Source: Mytilus californianus (taxonomy: Eukaryota). From it: 64,000 nt of DNA. The notes under the pieces are model-generated. The model did not search any database and was not told the origin of the DNA. It was given only the letters and a program-made list of their open reading frames with translations. Location of the stretch: positions 63,922,001-63,986,000 of the forward strand of contig NW_026262723.1 in assembly GCF_021869535.1 (NCBI RefSeq), read 5' to 3'. The position numbers and the translations under genes were made by a program. Shown piece by piece: positions 38,196 through 48,690 of this stretch; position 1 is the stretch's first letter, and each line of letters starts with the position of its first letter.

Positions 38196-41100
38196 GGCTC
38201 ATTTAACTTGTCCATGAATTTTCAATGGAATATTTAGTTTAATGTGCTACATTGTTTTGCTTATTGTGATATAAGTTTAATTTAGAATATACCTGGTTTT
38301 CACAAAGTTAACGTTAGGGTAAAATATTTAAAGATCTGTGAAAATTCAAACACTTGGTTGAATATAGGGCTTTGGGATTGGTTGAATGAGACCTGGAATT
38401 ATTTGGATTCTGAAGAAATATAGTTAGGTTATAAATTTTGAAGAAAAAATATAGTTTGTTTAGAATCTTGGTCACCGTAGGGAACTTGTCGCACCAACAG
38501 AACTGAAATTGATCCATACACAAATTTTCATATTTTTACATTTTTATAGTGATTCAATAATGGTTAGTTGTTTTGTAAAAGAAAGTAAATAATCAGTGGA
38601 GCATGTTGAACATGAATCAGTTTTAAAGAACAATAAAAAAGTCTATTAGCCTGTCCTTAATTGTTAAAAATCGTAATTACATGCAAAAAATAAGTTTGAG
38701 AATGGTTGTGTAAATGAAACGGTAATTGTATGTGCTGTTCATTAAATATTTGCTGAAATAAAAAATCATTAACATCTAGAAAAAACCTGTTGCAAAAATC
38801 CTCGCATGGTAAAAAAAAGTTCCTTATGTGTTTTATATCTTTATTTATCATTTTGACTCTGAATGTTCCTAAGGAGGGCAAAATATAAAAGTGTAAAAAT
38901 GCATCAAAATTTTGCGTTTTACTTTTATTTACAAATAAATTCACAAAATACAGATTTTATATTAGGTAATATTAATTCAATATGTAAACTTAACTCTACA
39001 CTGCATTTTTGTATAAAAGAATGATCCATACAGTTTTAGTTTTTTTAAATTATTTTAAATCTATAACAGAAGTGATGATCACCTTTGCATTTTTAATACA
39101 TGTTAATATACAAATAATATTAGTAATGGGTTTTATTTGTCGTTAGGTTGCTGTAGCAGTGACGTTTACCCCACATCTTGTTTTATACATAATAAATCAA
39201 GGTCTGGTCGTTAATATGATCTCAGATATATTAACATCCCATTTTATCCGAAAAGGGTTATACATGTATAAGCAAAATAACCGTTGTAACAATAAAAAAA
39301 AACAAAAAAAAATTAATCATACTAGTTATGACTTCATAATGGATTGTATGATATTAAGATACTGATAAAATGTTTACCTTTGTAACTACAGGTTTATCAA
39401 TAATGTAGTTGTATGTGTCTTCTAAACCTCGCACTTTGTCAAATATCTGTTTCTGTCTTGAAACAAAACTTGACCCACATACTGCAAATTAAGGAGAAAA
39501 ATGTATATAATTTAGATACCATCCTTTTTATTCTTTACATTGCCTTTTATTTAAACTTCAAGCAGAGAAAATATTAATTCTCTATAAATTCTCGTTTGTT
39601 ACAAATGAAGTATAAGCGGAGGGCATCAAGTCATTTCTTCCAAAAGTCAACAATCTAATATAAATAGACATGTTTCACATTGCTATATGCACTTACTTTT
39701 TCCAACTATTTGTTCTTCGGTGTTCTTATTTGTATCAAGTACATTACAAACTGGACAACTGTGTACACATCGTTTTGCAATCAAATGTCTTGTGGATCGT
39801 TTTCCAAAAAGTTCTGAAAGAGAAAATACCAAAATTGTCGAATAGTGTAATATCGTGATACGAACAAAACAAATTGGATCATTAAAACTTGCATTTAAAA
39901 TTAGATAAACATTTAAAAATAAAAGGGAGATGCCAAAGGGGGACTTGCTTAATATATCTTGAAAATCTATGAAAAAAAATTTCGACGGCCAATTATTTAT
40001 TAAAATCGTATGAATTCAAAACGTTATTGTTATCAATCATCACGAAATAAAATAAAAAACGTTAATTGATTTCGATTTATGCAACTATAAATTAATAAAC
40101 ACATTTATCTATTTATTATAACATACTTTTAATTCCACCCCAAATCTTTTTGCCAGTTCTCTTGATACCGTGTCCAACTTTCTTGCCAAATCTGCCCAAA
40201 CCTCGTCCAATATTTTTACCAAATCTGCCAACACCTCGTCCAATTTTCTTTCCAATTCTGCCAACCCCTCGTACAATATTTTTGCCGATTCTGCCAACAC
40301 CTCGTCCAATATTCCTGCCAATTTTTGCGACTCCCTTTCCTAATCTTTTAACATGACTTCCTATTTTTGATCCGATTTTCTTAATCCCACCTTTAACCTT
40401 ATTTAGAACTCCTCCAACTTTTTTTATGGTACGTCCAACTCCTCCTCCAATTTTTTTAAAAAACTTTCCTATTTTCTTTCCAAATCTAGCAGCTTCCTTT
40501 CCCACTTTCTTACCAATTTTACCAATGAACTTAGCTATTTCTGGAACAGGTTTGATCACTGTTAGTAACTTTCCTATGTCTGGTCTAGGTATTCTATGAA
40601 GAATACAAAAGATGACAACTTCAAATATTATACTAGTAATACTTAAGTTATATTAATTGGCTGTCAAATATGGTATTCAAACATAAAACACTGCAAATAT
40701 GTTATGTTGTTAACAAAAACACATTATATGTTTTGGAGTTTAGTGTGACGTCCATTTTCACTGAACCAGTACACAATTTTATTTAGGGGCCAGCTGAGGA
40801 CCACCTCCGGGTGCGAGATTTTCTCGCTGCGTTGAAGACCCATTGGTAGCCTTCGGCTGTTAAAAAAGAGGGACGAAAGATACCAGAGGGACAGTCAAAC
40901 TCATAGATCGAAAACAAACTGACAACGCCATGGCCAAAAATAAAAAGACAAACAGACAAATAATAGTACAGATGACACAACATAGAAAACTAAAGACTAA
41001 GCAACACGAACCCCACCAAAAACTGGGGGTGATCTGCTCTTTGGTCGGGTTGTTGTCTCTTTGACATATTCCCCATTTCCATTCCCCATTTTATTCCTCA

Positions 41101-43036
41101 GTCAAAAACCATTACTGAAATTAGCTTCAAGTCTGAGACAAATATTATCTTTCCCTGCTGAATGTATACATTCAACACATAAAAGTGTCTCATATATATT
41201 GAAACCTAACGAACAACAGACATGTGTATCACTCGAGTTTCTTACACAATAAAAGGTTGAGTATTATGTAACATTCAACGTGTTCTGTTAAAACGTGTAC
41301 ATGTATGAAAAAAATGCCGAGTAAATCACCTCATCAAATTATGTGTCTGTAGTAATTAAAAAAAAAGAGAAGAAAGGGATATTCAAACTCACAAGTCGAA
41401 AACAAACTGACAACGCCATGGCAAACATTTTAAGACAAACAACAGTTTTAAAAACACAACATAGTAAACTAAAGACTGAGCAACAAGAAGATAACCTTGT
41501 ATTTAGGCAAAATTGGTACTATAATTATCTTAAAGAGAACATATTCCTGATTTCAAGATGATAGGTCTATACAGGAGACAGACTTCAATATATGACTTGT
41601 CACTATAAAACCTTGTAATAAGGGATCAGTTTTTGAAACATTTGAGGTAATATTTAGCTTTCAGTATGTTGTATTTAATTCCAACATAATTACATTTTCT
41701 TGAGTTGTTTTGCCTAATCAATATATCAGTTCTACTTACTCCGGATCCTGTGCACAAATATTGCCATGACATTCATCACATGCCTTTATTGTTCCGTTAA
41801 CTTTAGTTTCACATGATTGTGTTAGAATCTGCTCCTCATCTGCCGTGTCTTTAATCTCATCGACGATATAATTAAGAATATCTGCGCTTGTTTGGTCGTT
41901 TATTACTGAAATATTTAAAATTTCAAATTATTTAAGATATTGTATTAATTTCATAATATCTTAATTATTTTAGTATAAATTTGTGTAAGGTTAGCTATAC
42001 TCCAATTCGTGAACTATTCTTTAAAAATTGTGGTAACAAGAAATTGAACAGGGAAATAAACTGCCTTCTGATATTAAAATGATAGTTGACTATTGTTTTG
42101 AACGAAATAGCTAATGCGTCGACAATAATTATTTACATATACTTATATTTTCCTGATTCCCTATATTGCCCAGCAGCTACAGTATAAACAAAATGGAAAG
42201 GATACATTGTAGATATAGATGAATAAACAATTATAAGCAAGGAACAGTGGTTTTACTGATGTTCTTAATCCTGCTATGTTTGAGGTCTTTGACAATAATT
42301 TGAAAAGATCACACCTGTAGTCACTAATAAATAAATTGTTTAATCAATTAAAATAAAGAATATGTGTTGGATGCACGTTAGACAAAAATCTAATGAAAAC
42401 GAGAAAAGAACCAACTGTTTAAGAATTGAATAGCGCTGTTATTGTCGTACTTCATCTTTCATGAACATGTGTTCACCAATGACCCAAAGCTCACACCTCA
42501 ACTTATATAGATAGGACAAAATGGCCAATAGCGCATTGAATATAAGCAACATGAGCGTGAATAAATATAATATCCGTAGCACAACCCGTCTTTTTTAAAC
42601 AACCTCCATCAGCAACGCTTCAGACCAGAAATATACAAAATAAAAAGAACAACTTTGAATAAAACATCCTTATAATTGTGATTTTGTCGATTAAAAATTT
42701 GCACCTTATAGTTTTTTTCATTGTTACAATAATTTATGTTTTTTTGAGTTAAGAAGTATAGTTTATTTTTGAAGTATTACAATTTAAGATTAAAAATATG
42801 TGTTGCTAAACTTTAAATAATTGTGGGTGGACTGCATAAATATATATTGTAATGTAAACTTGGTATGATAATATTTACATGCATATTAATAAATCAAAAA
42901 AATTAATCGGCTTAAAGACAAATAATAATTCTTAAAAGTTTAACTTACTATCCAATTTATTTTGTTGGATTGAGAGTAATTCTCCATTGCAAGTACAAAG
43001 TGCTGCAACTACTGCCACGAAAAGACGAATGGACAT
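37602..43036 (-). CDS. G4: family paralog with strongly cationic cassette, 6 exons, 374 aa (candidate antimicrobial/cytolytic precursor)
   Basis: join(43036-42949,41905-41740,40593-40127,39813-39697,39481-39378,37784-37602) = 1125 nt; GT-AG, phases 1,2,1,1,0, open frame. Confidence 0.93.
38163..38192. repeat. (AT)15 microsatellite
   Basis: Pure AT dinucleotide run. Confidence 0.95.
39378..39481 (-). CDS. G4 exon 5
   Basis: 104 nt; (I)CGSSFVSRQKQIFDKVRGLEDTYNYIIDKPVVTK|gtaaac. Confidence 0.9.
39697..39813 (-). CDS. G4 exon 4
   Basis: (K)LFGKRSTRHLIAKRCVHSCPVCNVLDTNKNTEEQIVGK|gtaagt. Confidence 0.92.
40127..40593 (-). CDS. G4 exon 3 (Lys/Arg/Gly/Ile 11-mer cassette)
   Basis: tcatag|A ATA CCT AGA ... 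GGA ATT AAA A|gtatgt; 467 nt; 33-bp DNA periodicity at about 40190-40325. Confidence 0.93.
40733..41092 (+). mobile_element. Nested repeats: PLE 3' end split by a family-B fragment (40862-41033)
   Basis: ...CCTTCGGCTGTT|insert|CTGCTCTTTGGTCGGG... rejoins the consensus seen intact at 31945-31970. Confidence 0.8.
41740..41905 (-). CDS. G4 exon 2 (acidic pro-segment + Cys cluster)
   Basis: 166 nt; (I)INDQTSADILNYIVDEIKDTADEEQILTQSCETKVNGTIKACDECHGNICAQDP(E). Confidence 0.92.
42949..43036 (-). CDS. G4 exon 1 (signal peptide)
   Basis: MSIRLFVAVVAALCTCNGELLSIQQNKLD then A|gtaagt. Confidence 0.9.
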
Positions 43037-43086
43037 GTTATATGTATTACAAGCTGGATGATGTTGTCGCAGATTTTAATGTATTC

Positions 43087-43093
43087 TTATATA
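43087..43093 (-). promoter_or_regulatory. Candidate TATA box of G4
   Basis: TATATAA about 50 nt upstream of the ATG. Confidence 0.5.
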
Positions 43094-44459
43094 GCAAAAT
43101 TACGGAATTTCTGAGAACTAATTAACATAAAAACAAACCTATTGAAATTTACGTGATATGATTAGCCAACTGTGTTTATAACACCAAGGAATGTTTGTGT
43201 TTCATTTGAGTTGGATATTTGAAAAATATACATTTTTGCTTCACTATCATTTTTTACTTTCACGAAAAATTAGATTTTTGTTTTTAAAGTATGTTTTCAT
43301 ATCTTAAAGGATAGAAAATATCAGAATTAGTTTTAACTTAAATGCACAAACCTTTTACGTACCCCAAAGGAACTTATGTAATTTTACCGCATGTACATGC
43401 TAAACAATGCGATTACGTACTTGTCATATTTATAATGCATTATTTTTGTTTATATATTTCTTGGGAAACCACATCGAAATGGATTTTTTTAGCTATTGAT
43501 GACATTTCAAATGCGTATTCTTATATGTTTAAATGTTTTCAAGAGTCGATAATAAAATAATATTCCCTTCACTTTCACAGATGTATTCTGTATCCTGTTG
43601 CAGATCAAACCTACTTAATCTTGGCCAAATTCACATGTACATGAAGATTTTCAAATACTGTAAGAAGATAGCAGTTAATTAAATCATGTTACACTCAACA
43701 AGATTAACACAATATGACTGAGCATCGTTAACAGAAAACAATAGACTTAATATTCAAGGTCAAATGCAATTTTATCTCAGCATAGTGTATTTTGTTATAT
43801 GGTCAAGAAGTACTTTGTATACTAGTATTTGTAAGATGGTTCAAATAAGATCCTATCATGAATAAAAACAAATATGTTCCTTACATAATAAGCGAGAATT
43901 ATACAAACAACAATGAAAACCAACTTTATTATACTACTCTGGCCGCCACCAAGTTTCTAATTTTGTTACAGACATTATAACCGCCACAGGTCCTAGCTAC
44001 ATGTAAAATATTGTCTATCTGTTAAAATGGTTTTGTTATTTTTCTGGCCGTGACACCTCGTACTGGATATAAATTTCAACTACATGGAAGCTGAAACATG
44101 CATAAAAAGGTATAAAACTCAAAGAACTTTTTTCTATGATGTCATGTGAAGAATTCGTTCAAAAACCACCGGTTATTCTCTATTGAAAACTGTTCACTTT
44201 CTTTTCGTCCTATATTTTTCGCCTTGCTGTTGTCTGTCCTCTGTATAAAATTGAAGGCTGCTTTAAGCCATCAAAATTTGAGCCAATAGTTCTCATCTAC
44301 CTTTCAATTGATATATCCGTGGAAAAAGGGAAAGGAGAATTTCTCAAAGAAGCATCGTCTGTGCCTGTGCAAAGCTACAAACCTAACTGGAGTATAAATA
44401 AGGAAATGTTATATGATGCCAATAAGACTATAGTCTAAGCAATTTTAAATCACCGTATG

Positions 44460-44862
44460 CTTTCAACAAAGAGCAAAATCCTTAACGTATTGTCAGCTAT
44501 ATCATGCCCCTATATGACAAAATGTGAAACAGTTCAAACGAAAAAAAAAAACAAGCCTGATTTATGAAAAAACAATAAACGAAAAACAGACATAACAAAC
44601 AGCAACCAACGACAACCAATGAATTACAGGCTCCTGACTTGGGACAAGCATATAACGAATATAGCTGGGTTAAAAATGTTTGTAAGCGCTCAACCCTCCG
44701 CTAACCTGGGACAATGGTGAAACAGTACAGCATATCAACAAACTGTAAAATCAGTTGGAAATGGCTTGACTAACCAGTTTAAACACGAAGCACAAAAACA
44801 ATGATATAAAGACATAAAGACAAAAGGTATAGATTTAAGAGTATTCGCAGTTACTGAAAGCT
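44460..44862 (-). mobile_element. Older PLE-type 3' end fragment abutting the larger element
   Basis: Contains the shared GGCTCCTGACTTGGGACA(A/G)GC and GGGTTAAA.ATGTTT motifs also seen at 45105-45150. Confidence 0.55.
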
Positions 44863-47850
44863 AAAATTGAGAATGGAAATGGGGAATGTGTCAAAGAGAC
44901 AACAACCCGACCATAGAACAGACAACAGCAGAAGGTCACCAACAGGTCTTCAATGCAGCGAGAAATTCCTGCACCCGGAGGCGTCCTTCAGCCGGCCCCT
45001 AAACAAATATATATACTAGTTCAGTGATAATGAACGCCATACTAAACTCCAAATTGTACACAAGAAACTAAAATAAAAATAATACAAGACTAACAAAGGC
45101 TAGAGGCTCCTGACTTGGGACAGGCGCAGAAATGCGGCGGGGTTAAACATGTTTATGAGATCTCAACCCTCCCCCTATACCTCTAGCCAATGTAGAAAAG
45201 TAAACGCATAAAAATACGCACATTAAAATTCAGTTCAAGAGAAGTCCGAGTCTGATGTCAGAAGATGTAACCAAAGAAAATAAACAAAATGACAATAATA
45301 CATAAATAACAACAGACTACTAGCAGTTAACTGACATGCCAGCTCCAGACTTCAATTAAACTGATTGAAAGATTATGTCTTCATCATATGAATATCAGGC
45401 ACAATCCTTCCCGTTAGGGGTTTAGTATCATATCATCATAACATATATGAGAAGAACATAACCCGTGTCATGCCAACAACTGGTTTTTAAATAAATGTGT
45501 TTAGTGCCGATGCAAAGACCCTATAAGTGAATCAATATTAACGCCAAAATATGCAATCTTTAATGACCTGACAACAGTATCGTAACTATATCCCTTCTTA
45601 ATAAGTCTATTTAAAGGTTTTGTTAGCTTCAGAGGTGAATACTGACATTTTTGTGCTTTATAAAGAATATTTCCATAAAAAATTGGATGTGAAATACCTG
45701 AACGTATCAGAAGTCTGCATTTTGAGCTATATTTACGAATGATGTCCTTATACCGATGATAAAATTTAGTAAATGTTTTGACTAGTTTGTGATATCGAAA
45801 ACCCTGGTGTAATAATTTTTCAGTAATACATAAATTTCTCTCGTTAAAATCTAAAACATTGTTACATACACGAGCGAATCGTACAAGTTGAGATATATAA
45901 ACACCGTAAGATGGTGACAAGGGAACGTCACCATCTAAAAATGGATAATTAACGATAGGAAATGAAAAATCATCTCTTTTATCATATATTTTAGTATTAA
46001 GCTTTCCATTAATGATACAGATATCAAGATCGAGGAAAGGGCAGTGGTCATTGTTAGTATTAGCTTTATTTAAAGTAAGTTCAACAGGATAAATTTCTTT
46101 AGTATACATACTGAAGTCGTCATTATTGAGGGCCAAAATATCATCCAAATATCTAAAAGTATTATTAAATTTGTGTATCAGATGTTGTTTCGATGGGTCT
46201 TTGCTGATTTTTGTCATAAATTGTAACTCATAGCAATACAAAAAAAGGTCCGCAATAAGTGGTGCACAGTTAGTCTCCATTGGAATTCCGATAACCTGAC
46301 GATATACGGAATCTCCAAAGCGAACAAAAATGTTATCTAGTAAAAATTCAAGGGCATATATAGTATCAAAGCATGTCCAATCGACATAGTTTTTTTGTTT
46401 ATTGCTACTAAAAAATGACCTAAAAGAGTTTGAACATATATATTCACATTCTGACTTTTTAAATACCCATTTAATTAGGTGTGTGAATTTTTTCTTAATG
46501 AGAATGTGAGGCAATGTGGTATATAGGGTAGACAAATCAAAACTTTGAACAGATTCAAAATCACCAATATATGCATGTAATTTATCAAGTACTTCCAACG
46601 AGTTCTTGACACTCCAAAAGTAATTAATTCCACTATTTTCGAAGGCCTTATTTCAACAATTTATTATCAGGTTTTTGATTGTACCAAGTGTACTGGTAAG
46701 AAGAATAGACAATTTAGTAGTGGAACAATGGCTTGAAGACGAAATGAATCATTCTATATTTGTAAGGTGTTTTGTGTAGCTTCGGAAGCCAATACATAGT
46801 TGGGACTTTCATTGTATTTGGTTCTGCTTGTAAAGCGGTAGCTAAAAGTTTATGTTTGTTACAGATGTCATTTTCTGAAAATGGAGTCAGTTGGAATGTT
46901 GGTGAATTGGTGATTTCTTTTTTCAGAACCTCAATGTAAAATTTACGTCAAACAATAATAATATTATTAGCAGCTTTATCGGCCGGGACAAAAACAAATT
47001 CCTTGGCTAGTTCTTTTAGTTTATGTTTGATACGAGAAATAGGTTTATTGTGGTTATTGTTAAGAGTAAAATGTTCTTTAAAATGTTGAATACGTATATC
47101 AACTATGTTCATTACTGAATTAAAAAAAGAGTCCAAAGATTTTTTGTCAGCTTTTTCCCGTTTTATCCATTTCAAACAGCAAGTATGGAGTGAGTCGTGG
47201 ATGATATTACGACACTCTTCCAATTAATAATTGACGGGGGACGATATTTAGGTCCTTTACTGAGGAATGATTTTAACTCTCGGTCTTGAACGATGTTAAG
47301 ATCTCCTGTTATAACATGGGAAATGGGTCCATAAATGTATTCGGAATTACTGCAATTACATGAAGTAGGTGTATTTTCACTGATATTAACATCTTTACAC
47401 AATTGGCTATAATTAAACACAAATTTCCGGGTAGATTTCTTGTAAATATAACAAATAAGAGAGAGCTCAGTATTATCAAAATATCCCGGAATTTGTTCTT
47501 TAACAGTATGGTCGTTAAAAATACCGGCAATATTTACAAAATCAAAACCTTTATTGACATTCTTTATTTTAATAAACTGTTTTTTATGATCTTCAGGGCG
47601 ATCAATTTTGGGAAACAGTTTAGAATAACAATATGCCATTATAATTTGAACGATTTCATACTTAGGACTGCTATACGAAATTGTGTTGCAATCCTCTAAA
47701 ATTTTATTTAACTTATTAACCGGTAATGAACAGAGCTTTGTTAACAGATAATGTCTGCCGTTGTTTTTTGAAATAGAAATCAGGTCCGAAATATTGGTAT
47801 GATTGTTCAAAGCAAAAAACAATAAATAGATAAATATTTAGTAATCTTTA
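44863..47850 (-). mobile_element. Penelope-like retroelement, 5'-truncated and frameshifted; RT ORF 46598-45501
   Basis: RT motifs SFDLSTLYTTLPH, GIPMETNCAP, FRYLDDI, PFLDLDI, YDKRDDFSFPIVNYPFL..YGVYISQLVRFAR. Upstream fragments 47822-47172 (GPISHVITGDL..SKGPKYR) and 47223-46948 (VPADKAANN) in shifted frames. No GIY-YIG after the RT. Confidence 0.88.
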
Positions 47851-47899
47851 GTATAAAGACGTCATACATAGTCTGAGAAACGCATGACCTTGTGCAATG

Positions 47900-48480
47900 C
47901 CAAAATATAAGTACTTGATATAGACAGGATGTAGGAACATAATTTTTCATCAATGGAAAGCAATACATATTAAGGTATCTTTTAATTCACTCCCAAAAAA
48001 ATCAATGCTATTACCGATCAAACTATATTCAAAGATCTACACTGTTAAAATAAAATTCTTTACGATCAACTGTATTCAAAGTATCAGTAAGTTTGCATTG
48101 ATCGTATTTGAATTGACGTGCTTAATTAACAACATGGCTAAGTGGCTAAAGGAACATCACCTTCCAAAAAAAAAGGAATATCAAAAAAGGGAACGAAAAA
48201 TCGAATCTTTTGTTAATGTTTGTTTTGATTTTCCCGTGTGAAACTGAAATATCCAAATCTAGAATAGGCTTATTACTAATGCTAGTATTAGATTTATATA
48301 AAGTAAGTTCCATTGATAAAATTTCTGCAGAATGATTAGAGAATTCTGGATTATTCAAAGCAAAAATATCATTAAGATAACGGTAAATGTTATTGAATTT
48401 ATCAATAAGATTAAATTTAGACGGATCTTTACTGAGTTTAGCCATAATCTGTGATTCATAACAATACAAAAACATCATCT
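47900..48480 (-). mobile_element. Decayed PLE RT fragment (different subfamily)
   Basis: ORF 48478-48146 FLYCYESQIMAKLSKDPSK..YRYLNDIFALNN..LDLDI is homologous to ORF 45501-46598. Confidence 0.8.
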
Positions 48481-48507
48481 CATCACAGCTCCAGTAAGTA
48501 AAGCATG

Positions 48508-48690
48508 TATAGTATGACGTCCATTTTCACTGAACTAGTACACATTTTTGTTTAGAGGCCAGCTGACGACCGCCTCTGGGTGCGAAATTTTCTCGCTGTG
48601 TTGAAGAGCCATTGGTGGCCTTCGACTGTCTTCTACTCTTCGGTCGGGTTGTTGTCTCTTTGACACATTCCCCATTTCCATTTTCAATTT
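48508..48690 (+). mobile_element. PLE 3' terminal fragment
   Basis: Matches 31830-32010, ending CCCCATTTCCATTTTCAATTT. Confidence 0.85.

Noticed and set aside
40109-40321. Alternative-frame anionic amphipathic ORF (LDEVLAESAKIL...) overlapping G4 exon 3
   Set aside because: Expected shadow of a 33-bp repeat rich in GGA/AAA codons; only the cationic frame fits the splice phases of exons 2 and 4.
3522-43036. Assigning the family to insulin-like peptides, saposin/NK-lysin, apolipophorin or known Mytilus AMPs
   Set aside because: The Cys spacing lacks the insulin A-chain CC and the saposin 6-Cys pattern; similarity to apolipoproteins is only the generic 11-mer periodicity; size and architecture differ from the mussel AMP precursors I know. 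No gene symbol given.
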